Source: Candidatus Poribacteria bacterium (GTDB lineage Bacteria; Poribacteria; WGA-4E; WGA-3G). From it: a stretch of 64,000 nucleotides of DNA. Below are positions 30,941-41,350 of the stretch, one piece after another; the stretch's first letter is position 1, and each line of letters opens with the position of its first letter. The notes beneath the pieces were generated by a model. The model searched no databases, was not told the DNA's origin, and saw only the letters and a program-made list of their open reading frames with translations. The stretch is from assembly GCA_963663765.2 (NCBI GenBank), contig CAXXUA010000006.1:160001-224000 (forward strand), written 5' to 3'. Position numbers and translations under genes: made by a program.

Positions 30941-32385
30941 GTTCGGAAAGTCCTTCCCGTTTGAAGGGAATTGAAACTCATCCTTCGCATCCGTATCCAT
31001 CTCTCCATCAAAAGTTCGGAAAGTCCTTCCCGTTTGAAGGGAATTGAAACAGCGTAATTTGCGGTTATGCTATAAAAAAGGATTAGTAATCATGTTCGGA
31101 AAGTCCTTCCCGTTTGAAGGGAATTGAAACAACGATGTTCATTTTCTCGTCCAATTCGTAACCATTGTTCGGAAAGTCCTTCCCGTTTGAAGGGAATTGA
31201 AACTAATGCACAATCTTTGAAGTGGTGTGGACTATACCGAGTTCGGAAAGTCCTTCCCGTTTGAAGGGAATTGAAACAACAAGATGCTCCGAGAGTTCTC
31301 TAAGTTTGTCAGCGTTCTGAAAGTCGTTCCCGTTTGAAGGGAATTGAAACTACCTTTCGTTAATCGCTAAGTTCATGTTTGCCACTGTTCTGAAAGTCCT
31401 TCCCGCTTGAAGGGAATTGAAACATGTTATGCTCAGGGTAATAAATATGGCGACCGAACCGTTCTGAAAGTCTTTCCCGTTTGAAGGGAATTGAAACGCA
31501 ATTAGGATTTGGTCGGTAGATGAAGATACAGGAGTTGTTCTGAAAGTCGTTCCCGTTTGAAGGGAATTGAAACCCAGCATTTTTGCCTGTGGTAATATAT
31601 TCATCAGGTTGTTCTGAAAGTCCTTCCCGTTTGAAGGGAATTGAAACCTTCTGGAATTTGGGACGAAAGTGTCAACTATCCATGTTCTGAAAGTCGTTCC
31701 CGTTTGAAGGGAATTGAAACTTCTCAAGGAACTTCCAGAGGTATTCCGCATTTGGTTCTGAAAGTCCTTCCCGCTTGAAGGGAATTGAAACCTTCTGGAA
31801 TTTGGGACGAAAGTGTCAACTATCCATGTTCTGAAAGTCGTTCCCGTTTGAAGGGAATTGAAACTTCTCAAGGAACTTCCAGAGGTATTCCGCATTTGGT
31901 TCTGAAAGTCCTTCCCGCTTGAAGGGAATTGAAACTTGACATCTATACGATCACCTGTGGCAGTTTTTTGTCGTTCTGAAAGTCGTTCCCGTTTGAAGGG
32001 AATTGAAACTTTATTGCTTTGATTTCTTCGTCACTTCTTACTGGGTTCTGAAAGTCGTTCCCGTTTGAAGGGAATTGAAATTTCGCAGGCACTGGATTGA
32101 TTTCGCCAAACATGCAGTTCTGAAAGTCCTTCCCGTTTGAAGGGAATTGAAACTCTCCGAAATATTTTCGGTTGCCTTGGTTATCGGTACGCTGTGTTCT
32201 GAAAGTCCTTCCCGTTTGAAGGGAATTGAAACTCGTTATACTTGTCACCCAAGTAGCAGATCGCTTCCTCAAGTTCTGAAAGTCCTTCCCGTTTGAAGGG
32301 AATTGAAACTTGAACTCGGAGTCGTTATCAATATGGCACTAGATAAATGTTCTGAAAGTCCTTCCCGTTTGAAGGGAATTGAAAC
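30941..32385 (+). CRISPR. CRISPR array 1: 20 repeats of 37 bp, GTTC(G/T)GAAAGTC(C/G)TTCCCGTTTGAAGGGAATTGAAAC
   Basis: Regular repeats with about 34-43-bp spacers, ATTGAAAC 3' end, leader on the left. Confidence 0.97.
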
Positions 32386-32569
32386 TTGCCTCTACCCACC
32401 GTTAAATTCCGAGTGGCTTGTTCTATATTTAATTGAAATTGGATCGAATAGTTCGCTCACAATCTTAGATGTAGTCCTACATCTCTACCAATAGCGTTAT
32501 GTAAAACATTGTTGTTTATTCTTGTGTTAATATTTGTTTTATATTCCTTGTATTTTGTGCTCTAATAGC

Positions 32570-33195
32570 CTTTGATAAATCCGCTTATACGACGCTAATA
32601 TAGGGTTTGGGATACCGATTTTGTGAGTTTGATAAAGGTAAATGTCACGTGTATTGTTGTCAAAAATATTATCCGAAAACTACTCACTCTGGAAGATTAC
32701 TGAACTGAAGTCTTGGCTTTGATTTAATGCCAAGTTTTTAGAGATTGTTAGTATGTTGAATATTTCAAGCGAGTGGTATCTGCGTAGCCCGGTGCGTTTT
32801 TTACCGTTCTGGTTGAAAGTAAATACTATCCATGGCAGAAGGTTGATCGCCTCACCGATGAGGATCAGGTTGTAGGCAAGTCTATCGCCGGGGCGTATTC
32901 CAGTTTCCCCGTGTATGGCGGTTCAAGAACGAAAGGGTGCGATGCAAACGTCTGACCGCGGAGGAACAGGCTATCGTCAAGCATAGGCGTTTCAAAACAT
33001 CTGGAATAGACCACTTATCAAGGAATTGGCAAGTTGTCGCATGCATTAGTATTACCGATATAGGTAGTATCACGAAGCGAATACCCAAATCGACTTGGAA
33101 AACGTTGCCTTTGTAGGGTGGGAGTTTCAGCGAATCTTGGACGGTGTAGGTGAAGCGATAGCGAGCAAATTGGAAATTTCGTGGTATGAAACGGA
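32570..33195 (-). pseudogene. cas6: Degraded cas6 paralog
   Basis: NFQFARYRFTYTVQDSLKLPPYKGNVF aligns to NFRFAQYRLTYTVQEPLKMPTYKGNIF of 44864..45841, then multiple frameshifts; the distal boundary is approximate. Confidence 0.8.
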
Positions 33196-33231
33196 GTGAA
33201 TTTGCTTTGATCTTCAAAAATTATGACATGG

Positions 33232-34368
33232 TTAGATAGTCGGTTTTAATGGCGTTTTTGAATCCATTGGTTTATTCTTTTCATCTTGGAACCAGTCATA
33301 CTTTGGATAATGAATAGGCTTTCTGGGGTCATCAGTGGCATAGATTAACATGGAACGCAGTTCTCTCATTGTTAAATCCGTACGATCCCGAAACATTTTT
33401 GTCCGTTCGTTGAGTTCCTCTGTAAGGTTATCTTTTTCCAAGATGTCAGTCGCGTTCTTACGTCGGTAACGCGCCATTGCGTCCCCACACAATTCCATCT
33501 TCGTTATCCGAATGTGACTGGAGCCTGTCCCGTGAGGTTTAGCACCCCCTATTTTATGACGAAGCGGTCCCTCTAATACAACTGTATCCTCACCTGCTTC
33601 CCTACCGAGTGCTGCTGGACTAAGCGTGGCGGTAACCTGTTCTTCAAGTACCAAGCAGTAAAGCAGCAAATTGAGTTCGGCATCACCTAGGTTCGTAAAG
33701 TCCACTCTAAATGTGAAACACGTCCCTGGGGGAGCAGGTGTTACGTTGGTAGTTCGTGTGATACCACTATGTGGCTTGGTAAGTTGGGCAGCCTCCGATT
33801 CTGGGTGATGGTGATGGTAGAATTTGCGTCTGTTCTTCTTACCCGGATAAAAAGCAGCATGCTCTGGCTTCGGATGACTGCTGGCGATATTGTACTGTTT
33901 CCATTGACTCATTGGTAATGGTTCTACAGAAATTTCTGCATCACTGAAATGCACCAGACCCGTAAGCGAATTATTCCCATGCCAGTAGCCGAATATTCTC
34001 GCCACAGGATCAAATTGCACGACACCACCACTGGTTTTTCGTGCCTTCGCCAGTTCGTGCTCGCTATCAACTGACATATTTGCAGACGGCACCGTAGCGT
34101 TACCGATAACTTCTGCTAAGGAACGTATTGGACCCTTGAGTGAAGTTGAAGGTATATAGGGTTGTCCATTACGTCGGCGGGTAAATTTAACATTGTTCTG
34201 TTCACCATTACCGATCAACAGTGGGGTTAGTGCCTCAATTTCACACCAGAGACGACCAGAAATTCCACGCAAGGTATGGTGATAATTTGGCACATCGTGT
34301 TCGATAGGTTCATCGCTTACCGTAACCCAACGATAAGGGTTCCAGAAATTCTCTCCCTGTGGCATCAC
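33232..34368 (-). CDS. Type III-D terminal Cas7-family RAMP (TIGR03986-like)
   Basis: FWNPYRWV start, LTPLLIG, IPSTSLKGPIRS, RKFYHHH, KIGGAKPHGTGS. Confidence 0.85.
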   Translation of the reverse strand: MMPQGENFWNPYRWVTVSDEPIEHDVPNYHHTLRGISGRLWCEIEALTPLLIGNGEQNNVKFTRRRNGQPYIPSTSLKGPIRSLAEVIGNATVPSANMSVDSEHELAKARKTSGGVVQFDPVARIFGYWHGNNSLTGLVHFSDAEISVEPLPMSQWKQYNIASSHPKPEHAAFYPGKKNRRKFYHHHHPESEAAQLTKPHSGITRTTNVTPAPPGTCFTFRVDFTNLGDAELNLLLYCLVLEEQVTATLSPAALGREAGEDTVVLEGPLRHKIGGAKPHGTGSSHIRITKMELCGDAMARYRRKNATDILEKDNLTEELNERTKMFRDRTDLTMRELRSMLIYATDDPRKPIHYPKYDWFQDEKNKPMDSKTPLKPTI

Positions 34369-34952
34369 TTTCCTCCCTCAAATGCATCAAGACCACACAG
34401 ACGAACGAAGTGAGGTGCCCCCGCGTTATCGTCCCACTGCTCTACAACAACTTTTACCCGCTCAGGATTACCAGTAATCGGATACCGAAAACGGTGTGGG
34501 ATCCGGAGTTCAATCCATTCGTCTGGCGTTTTTAAGGTCTGCTGCCCCCATAACAGAAAACTCTCTTGATGCGAATGCAACGCCTTCAGTGTATCAGAAT
34601 GGTCTTCCAATACCGGACCTACCCAATCAACATTTCCGATAAAGACCGTCCGCCAGCACAATTGACCCAATACCGGGATCGTCCGCCAACGGAGTTCGCC
34701 CGTTGACGCAAATAACCGACCTGCAGTAGAGCATCTGAGGCAGTCTTGAGTAGACTTTTTTATGGACTCACAACCCGCTCCATACCAACGCAGTTCATTT
34801 TCATCATTCCACCGATCCAAAGTCCAGCCATCAGGAGCCTCCAACCAAATATAACAGAGGTCTGATACAGTATCAAGTTGAAGATCTTTAATGAGATTCA
34901 GAAACTGTTCTTGCGTCAAATCTGCCGCTTTCAAAAACGCAGTCATAATCAA
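34365..34952 (-). CDS. csx19: Csx19-like type III-D subunit
   Basis: Position before the terminal RAMP; GRLFASTGELRW, LLWGQ, ELRIP, FVRLCG. Confidence 0.75.
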   Translation of the reverse strand: MIMTAFLKAADLTQEQFLNLIKDLQLDTVSDLCYIWLEAPDGWTLDRWNDENELRWYGAGCESIKKSTQDCLRCSTAGRLFASTGELRWRTIPVLGQLCWRTVFIGNVDWVGPVLEDHSDTLKALHSHQESFLLWGQQTLKTPDEWIELRIPHRFRYPITGNPERVKVVVEQWDDNAGAPHFVRLCGLDAFEGGK

Positions 34953-34957
34953 CGCTC

Positions 34958-35923
34958 CTATTCGTCAGTGGATTTGGACGCTGACACCTCTCCCTGAGGT
35001 CCAGGGTGCCACCCTAAAAAATCCTCAAACGACGGTAAAAGAGGATCCAGTTTTTTACACCAATCAGTACTCAGAACGTATCGGTTCCGCAATCCGCGAG
35101 AATCGCCCTCTGGTAGGTTAATAGCCATAGGTGGTGTCCAATCATGTAAACAATAGTTATCCCGCTCCTCCTCAGTCGCCAATTCGTACAAACCAGCAAG
35201 ATGCTCCACCTCCCTTACATAGGTTAGACAGTAGGCAGGGACGGTAATACGCACGCGCCCAAGCCCCCTACTGCGTCCAGAACCGATGGTAATCATTTCA
35301 TCTTTCAGATCAAATAACAACAGATTCAGTGCCGCCAGTTGCCAGAGTTCAAAGTTTATCAACCTTAGGTTCGCTTTAAATTTTCCGCCGATGAGTACTT
35401 TTAGGTCGAACAAAGCACCCCGTACTGTCCCACCGGTGAAACGATCAATCGCGATGCCATCGCGCGCTTCAGGTGACGGTTTATGATTTGGTAGCGGATA
35501 AGCATCACTGATACTGAACCGCCCCCCAAACTTCAATGAGCCGAACAAACGGCACGCTACGCACGAATCCGCGTAGGCAGTTGAAGATGAATTGGTATTA
35601 CCATCTTGCCGTGAACGAAACCCACACCCAAAAGAATCTTGTTCCGCTGCGATAGGTATCATATCTTTCTTGCTTGGCTTATCATAGTAAGGAATACACA
35701 CGCTGCCTTGTTTCAGAGTACGGGCAATACGTTCCAGATGACTACGGAGCACACCTTTGAGTGATGTACCCGGGAAGTAATAACTGCTTTCACCATCCTT
35801 GAACGTTGATACAGGCACCATTTCAGCATCGTCCAAAGTAGAATAACCACTCTTAATTAATACCGGATCCACTGGTTCAATGATAATTTTTATGTCAGCC
35901 TGACAAAGCCATTTCCGCAACAT
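34958..35923 (-). CDS. Cas7/Csm3-group RAMP
   Basis: FPGTSLKGVLRS, CVACRLFGS, RDGIAIDRFTG, IGSGRSRGLG. Confidence 0.9.
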   Translation of the reverse strand: MLRKWLCQADIKIIIEPVDPVLIKSGYSTLDDAEMVPVSTFKDGESSYYFPGTSLKGVLRSHLERIARTLKQGSVCIPYYDKPSKKDMIPIAAEQDSFGCGFRSRQDGNTNSSSTAYADSCVACRLFGSLKFGGRFSISDAYPLPNHKPSPEARDGIAIDRFTGGTVRGALFDLKVLIGGKFKANLRLINFELWQLAALNLLLFDLKDEMITIGSGRSRGLGRVRITVPAYCLTYVREVEHLAGLYELATEEERDNYCLHDWTPPMAINLPEGDSRGLRNRYVLSTDWCKKLDPLLPSFEDFLGWHPGPQGEVSASKSTDE

Positions 35924-35925
35924 GG

Positions 35926-36759
35926 TTAGCCCTCCTCAGTTTCAGGTGCCGGTTTTAGCTGCCGTTCGATGTGCTTCGTAAAATAGGTCTCCCAATCCCC
36001 CAAATCACTGAAGCGTTCTTTAGCATCTGTTTTGGTAAGGAAATTTACGCGTTGCTTCGAGTCATTCATATCAACACCAGAAAGTTTGACATCTTTTAAG
36101 TGGAAACGTCCAAGACCGCGGCTCGTAAATCCTCCAATGCTGCTACCAGCACACCATTCAAACAGCGCGGCACCGACTAAAGCCAGATCTGCGTCAGTCG
36201 GGTTTTCGAGATCAATGCACAGTTCAAATCGGCTATCTGGGGGCACGACTTCGTAGTCGTATTTAAGGTTGTCTACGGCTGTCTGGCTATCGCGATCAAT
36301 CACCACGCCATCGCGAACCTGCATAACCGATGCCCATTCTTTCAGTTTCCCGTCGCTTAACGACAATCGGCTTGTCTGCACCGCAGAGCCGAACAATTTA
36401 CAAACATCACAGGTGTTATCTTCAATCCATTTCAAGCGAGCCTGTAACCCTTTTTGTAGTGCTTCTTGATATGCTTGACGTAGAACCCCGCTGTAATAGT
36501 TGATGTCACTGGTGCAGCTAACCCCGCTTGCGGCGTGGTTTAACATACATGCACTCAGTCCTAATGCGTGTGACAAAACCTCACAAGTACTCCGCAATTT
36601 ACCCTTGAGAGAGGAACCTGGAAGAATAGGTTGTCCCTTGGAATCAATCATCACTCCCAAATCGCTCGTGGTTTGCCCTTCTTTGCCAGAACCGATCCGC
36701 CATGCGGTGTCAAACACAAGGGACGCTGTAAGGCGAATTTTCTTCTCTAACTGAAACAT
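35926..36759 (-). CDS. Cas7/Csm3-group RAMP (Csx7-like)
   Basis: LPGSSLKGKLRS, CDVCKLFGS, RDGVVIDRD, IGGFTSRGLG. Confidence 0.9.
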   Translation of the reverse strand: MFQLEKKIRLTASLVFDTAWRIGSGKEGQTTSDLGVMIDSKGQPILPGSSLKGKLRSTCEVLSHALGLSACMLNHAASGVSCTSDINYYSGVLRQAYQEALQKGLQARLKWIEDNTCDVCKLFGSAVQTSRLSLSDGKLKEWASVMQVRDGVVIDRDSQTAVDNLKYDYEVVPPDSRFELCIDLENPTDADLALVGAALFEWCAGSSIGGFTSRGLGRFHLKDVKLSGVDMNDSKQRVNFLTKTDAKERFSDLGDWETYFTKHIERQLKPAPETEEG

Positions 36760-36766
36760 ATTATCA

Positions 36767-37300
36767 CTATTCCTTACTTGGTTGATGCATTTCGATCAAA
36801 GATTTACGATATAAACACTGCGTACAGAAACGTTGAAAAAACACTGGAATGTGCTCGGTTGTCCATTGATTAAGCCACTCGCGCTGACGTTTCCTCAGTT
36901 CATTACGGTGCCTTTGTTCTTCTTGTGTCATGCCCGATTGCCTTGCTGGAATATTTTCTTCACGGAGTTCTTCCGGTAGATGGGCATGTCCCTCCTTGAG
37001 GACCGACCAATCAGAAGTTTGAGCACCACATAAATTTAGCACCAGGGTCCAAAAGTCGATTTCCGCTTCCAATTTCAATTTTGCTGTTTCAGAAGCAATT
37101 TCACATTTGCGTTCAGCGCGTTCCTTCTGGTGTCCGGCAAATTCTGAAACTTTAGCAGGCTGCTGCCGAGCGATTTGGCGCAATCCGTGAATCTGTGAAG
37201 TCTCTACTGGAAATTTAACGGCATTCTGCACTAATGAATGCAGTTCTTTTACTGCTTGATCACGGTAGACAGTATCAGATAATAGGTCAATGAGTCTCAT
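36767..37300 (-). CDS. Putative second small subunit (Cas11/Csm2-like); probable start at 37300
   Basis: ATGA overlap with the upstream gene; helical, SQIHGLRQIA..FAGHQ..FW pattern. Confidence 0.6.
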   Translation of the reverse strand: MRLIDLLSDTVYRDQAVKELHSLVQNAVKFPVETSQIHGLRQIARQQPAKVSEFAGHQKERAERKCEIASETAKLKLEAEIDFWTLVLNLCGAQTSDWSVLKEGHAHLPEELREENIPARQSGMTQEEQRHRNELRKRQREWLNQWTTEHIPVFFQRFCTQCLYRKSLIEMHQPSKE

Positions 37301-37737
37301 GAATTTTCCCTCATCTGATCGCGCGCGACCTGATAAAGATATTCGCCGACAACTGCACGCACCCAACCGCGAGCGAGGTGTAGACGCAAAGCCATACGGA
37401 TGTAAGGATCAGCATCCAATTCTTGGCTTTTGTCGCGCAGCTGCTTTAACTGTTGCAGTACCTCTCCCCCTAACGCCTTCCACTTTAGCGGATTCCGCTC
37501 ATCTGTTCTTTCTTTCCCCATCTGGTTCTTAACAAAATCTTCAATGTCCGTAAAGCGCGTCGCGGAGCAGGTGATGTTTTCCAGATTGCGAATTTGGGCA
37601 CTAACTCGGTTTTTACTTTTGTCATAACTGAATTTCTCAAAGAAACGTTTGCCTAATTCAGAAAACGTTTGATGGTTCTCTTCAATGTAAAGATTTACCT
37701 CTTGGATTAACTGGTCATTCAAGACAATCACGCTCAT
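37297..37737 (-). CDS. Small subunit Cas11/Csm2-like
   Basis: SAQIRNL..FVKNQMGK..W helical pattern, directly after csx10. Confidence 0.7.
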   Translation of the reverse strand: MSVIVLNDQLIQEVNLYIEENHQTFSELGKRFFEKFSYDKSKNRVSAQIRNLENITCSATRFTDIEDFVKNQMGKERTDERNPLKWKALGGEVLQQLKQLRDKSQELDADPYIRMALRLHLARGWVRAVVGEYLYQVARDQMRENS

Positions 37738-38975
37738 TCCTCCTGATTGCGAAACTGACGATGGAAATCGTCCGAGATGATTACTATACCAAAACCTTCA
37801 TTGCGTCTCAACCCCACACCATCTTTGGATAGTGTCATAAGTTTTTCCAAGAGTGTCTCGCGTTCTTCGGCTGTTCCTCGGAAGCAATAAACATAGACAG
37901 AGCCACGTGCCACACCCCATTCATCCTGACGCGGCAAACCCTGTGCTGTGTTCCAGCCATGTAGATGCTCATGCCGAGTTGCGGCAGCGATCCAACCGAC
38001 CGTGCCACCAAATGAAGGCTGGAGCGTCAGGCGATTTTCTATCGGAAACGCGTCATCCACAGAGGACATAGACGACAACCACGGAATCATAGAAGCCGGA
38101 TCAAGACTGTAGCGCAAAAACTTGTCCACGAATACAGCACCCGTCGGAAACGATAGACTAAAATAAAAATCCTCGGAATCAAGTCCAGGAACAGAGAAGG
38201 GTTGGTTACTGAGAAAATCAATCAAGTCAAGACTCCATTTCTTCCAACGTTCCGGATGCGCCTGCGAATCGTCCGAATCATCGACTTCACCTAATGTGAT
38301 ACGCATATCTCCGTAGCCGCGGGTGCGGTGCTGTCCAACGGATATACGATAATCTTCTGATTCCAAGAGTTGCTTCAAACCAACAAGTGCATTGTCATCT
38401 GCCATAAACCAGCCGTATAGGTCTTCTGCTTGATCTGAAGGCAATATGGATTCGGGCGTATACAATATGGATTCCGCTGCGGTGACAGTGTGTCGATCAA
38501 TGCCAACATGCGTAGCAACGTGGTGACGGTTGTCGCTCATCTCTTGTAAACTGCTGTTTGCCCCTTCATTCCAAAAACCCGCATATCCTTTCAAGTCAAG
38601 ATCGCATGCTTTACATTGTCGCCAGTCAACGCCTACATCTTTTGGCATACGACCAGCCATATAGTGTTGGGCAGTCCGATACCACAGTAGGTCCACCAAA
38701 GCATGCTCTCTCCCTTCACGCTTGCAGACAGCCGCAGTCAATGGTGAATTTTTCCTTCCCGGATCCAACGGACCAAATCGGCATGAAGCCTCATTCAAAA
38801 ACAAGCTCCTGAAAGTCTCATCTACTTCTCCATGGTGTTGCAAGTAGATCGTCGCCATCCCGCCACGGACCGCTGTACCGGTTATGTAACGTCCACCTTC
38901 GGCATGTTCGGATTTCCAGTCACTTTTAATAACCACCGGCGAAAGCAGTTTTGCTGTTATCCCTATTTTTTTCAC
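37734..38975 (-). CDS. csx10: Csx10 (Cas5-group RAMP, type III-D signature)
   Basis: YITGTAVRG, HVGIDR, VGQHRTRGYG, GWN, RGSVYVY, GVGLRRNEGFG; 413 aa. Confidence 0.85.
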   Translation of the reverse strand: MKKIGITAKLLSPVVIKSDWKSEHAEGGRYITGTAVRGGMATIYLQHHGEVDETFRSLFLNEASCRFGPLDPGRKNSPLTAAVCKREGREHALVDLLWYRTAQHYMAGRMPKDVGVDWRQCKACDLDLKGYAGFWNEGANSSLQEMSDNRHHVATHVGIDRHTVTAAESILYTPESILPSDQAEDLYGWFMADDNALVGLKQLLESEDYRISVGQHRTRGYGDMRITLGEVDDSDDSQAHPERWKKWSLDLIDFLSNQPFSVPGLDSEDFYFSLSFPTGAVFVDKFLRYSLDPASMIPWLSSMSSVDDAFPIENRLTLQPSFGGTVGWIAAATRHEHLHGWNTAQGLPRQDEWGVARGSVYVYCFRGTAEERETLLEKLMTLSKDGVGLRRNEGFGIVIISDDFHRQFRNQEE

Positions 38976-39730
38976 GCAATTGGCTCCTCACGCAACATTT
39001 CCAACATTAGACCCCATCCATCAGGTTCATCCTTGAAACTCTGAAGAGCTTCATCTGATGAAATGTTTTGACTGTTCCAACACAAAGAATCCTCTTTGAG
39101 CAGGATCTCACATCGACCTAAGCCAATACTTTTGTCCCCACCTAAGGTGTCGAGAGACAATAGCGCGGCGATTAAAAGCGCGTACTCGTATGGAAATCCA
39201 CCTTTATACTGCGTCAGAATGTCTGCCGGATGCCGGGCGCGAATAGCCCCTTGAAGGTTCACACCACGCTCCGCAAACTCAGTTGTGAACAAGTGCTGTT
39301 CTGCTACTGTTCCTGTGACGCGATCCAAGGCTGTCCGAGGTTGAACGGAAGTAATTGCTTTATCTTCTGGTGACACGGGTTTCGCATTCGTTACAAACAG
39401 ACATTCCCCTTGGTAACGGCTGCCGAACAACCGATCCACTACCAAACTCGACTCCGCCAGCGGCTTAAAATGCTTTACCAGTTTTTGGTTATCTTCTTTT
39501 ATGCCGTCGTGTGGGTTAACCGCTTCAAGACCTAAGGCAAAAGCAAATCGTTCGCATTGATGGCGCAGAACACCCTTGATTTGAGAACCCGGAACAAAAG
39601 GGGATCCATCAACGCCGCCCATGCGCTGCAACAATCTATTCGTTGCCGCTGACTCGTAGCCACTCCCGACGTGCCACCGTCCTTGCCAAACGATGTGGTA
39701 TTCCAAATCCAAACGTTGGGGCTTCTTCAT
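38972..39730 (-). CDS. csm3: Csm3/Cas7 RAMP
   Basis: VPGSQIKGVLR, RLFGS, LDRVTG, LGGDKSIGLG. Confidence 0.85.
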   Translation of the reverse strand: MKKPQRLDLEYHIVWQGRWHVGSGYESAATNRLLQRMGGVDGSPFVPGSQIKGVLRHQCERFAFALGLEAVNPHDGIKEDNQKLVKHFKPLAESSLVVDRLFGSRYQGECLFVTNAKPVSPEDKAITSVQPRTALDRVTGTVAEQHLFTTEFAERGVNLQGAIRARHPADILTQYKGGFPYEYALLIAALLSLDTLGGDKSIGLGRCEILLKEDSLCWNSQNISSDEALQSFKDEPDGWGLMLEMLREEPIA

Positions 39731-39745
39731 AGATCGGACTCCTCT

Positions 39746-41350
39746 CTACTCAGGAAATAAGCGATGGGCATCCACCAGATCCGCCACACAGAGCAACCGT
39801 TGATCCCCATTTTCAAACCACGGAAAGTTAAAACTGTATCCTTCCGGACACAGACGCTCTACCGCCTCCCACAATGCACGCCGTTGGGATCGATCTCTCC
39901 CATGCCGACAGCGGGCAAAGATGTCACAAATACGCCATTCCGCCTGACTTTCCGATGATGCCAAAGCGACTTCTTGTAGTTCGTGTAACTTACTGCGTGG
40001 AAACATAACCGCGTCCAGTTCTTGTATACTCGTCCGTAATGTCTCCAATTGGGAGCAAGACATCGGGCGAAGTGTGCGGCGCGCGTCGGTAAGTATATGA
40101 TAGGTATCTTCACGCACCTGTTTAAGGGCATAACTGTTTGCACTAGCCACAATATGAAAATCAATGCGAGCACGGTCTTGTTCAGAGTGTTGCTGAGTAT
40201 AGGTGTCCTGTCGTTTGGCGTTCTTCAACAGTTGCTCTGCTAAATCAAGTGCCAGATAGAATGGATAGTTGCTTCTCGCAACAGCAACACCACAGGAAAT
40301 CGTGAAACCCTGATCGCCAAGTCTATCGCGGAAAAATTGCCTCTCAGCATCTGGAAGGTCAGCGATTTTTGCTTTCGTCAAACGTTCAAACGCGTTTGTA
40401 ACCCTCAAGGCAAAATCAAGGGCGCGGTCAGCTGGCACTGCGACCAACAAATCATCACCACCTAAGAGTAAAATGTCGGCGGGGAGTGGCTCAGGATACA
40501 CCTGTTGTTCAAAAGCTTCTTGAACTTTGTTAATTTCTGATTTCAGAACCTCGTTGAGGGAACTGAAACATGCTTCTCGTATGCTTTCATCAACGATTCT
40601 GCTAAATTGGCGGAACGTCTCTCGTTGATCGATTGCCTGAACAAATTTCCCCATAGCGTTTCCATCAGCATAAACGACACCAAGATAACCGTTCCACGAG
40701 GATCGATCTCCGATCTCTGTGATACTCTGACATCGTAATTCCTGCCAATCTTCCTCTGCTAACCACGGTCCGGTACGGGCTAAATGCGCCATCCACCCGC
40801 TCCAAAGTCCATAGTGCCGTGTCCTACGTCCTTCTTCTGCCTTTTCATAACTCGATTTGGATAATATATCACCGTTTCGACCTATACAAGATGCTGGCAA
40901 ATCCGAAGCAGATTCACATTCCATCATGATTGGAATTAGCGAGCTACTCCGATGACAGGTTGCGAACTCACGTTGGCAGCGCAACTGAAAATGTGCCATT
41001 CGTGCTGCCTCCGAATAGGATGCGTCATCTTTAAATGGTGCAATACCGTAGACAACACCTACTTCACCGCCTGTCTGCTCACGGATATAGCGAGTCATGC
41101 TTTCACAGGCTGCTTTGATTGTTGTAGCATCTGACCTATGAACTAAGAACTGTGCTGACCCGCCATTGGCATAAATCTTGTCCACATCTCCTATACTGGG
41201 GTATTCGTTCAAACACTTTTCCATCTCGGATCGGTTCAGCCAATCTAACCGAGCACTTGCACCTCGTATCTCATTCAACGGATCAGTACCAAATACATAA
41301 TTCTTGATAGAAGGGATGTCAATTACAATGACAAATGATTCGTTGTTCAT
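39746..41350 (-). CDS. cas10: Cas10 (HD-less, intact GGDD palm)
   Basis: DIPSIKNYVF..EIRGAS, YANGG, YADGNAMG, LLGGDDL, AEQLLKNAK; 534 aa with no HD domain. Confidence 0.92.
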   Translation of the reverse strand: MNNESFVIVIDIPSIKNYVFGTDPLNEIRGASARLDWLNRSEMEKCLNEYPSIGDVDKIYANGGSAQFLVHRSDATTIKAACESMTRYIREQTGGEVGVVYGIAPFKDDASYSEAARMAHFQLRCQREFATCHRSSSLIPIMMECESASDLPASCIGRNGDILSKSSYEKAEEGRRTRHYGLWSGWMAHLARTGPWLAEEDWQELRCQSITEIGDRSSWNGYLGVVYADGNAMGKFVQAIDQRETFRQFSRIVDESIREACFSSLNEVLKSEINKVQEAFEQQVYPEPLPADILLLGGDDLLVAVPADRALDFALRVTNAFERLTKAKIADLPDAERQFFRDRLGDQGFTISCGVAVARSNYPFYLALDLAEQLLKNAKRQDTYTQQHSEQDRARIDFHIVASANSYALKQVREDTYHILTDARRTLRPMSCSQLETLRTSIQELDAVMFPRSKLHELQEVALASSESQAEWRICDIFARCRHGRDRSQRRALWEAVERLCPEGYSFNFPWFENGDQRLLCVADLVDAHRLFPE

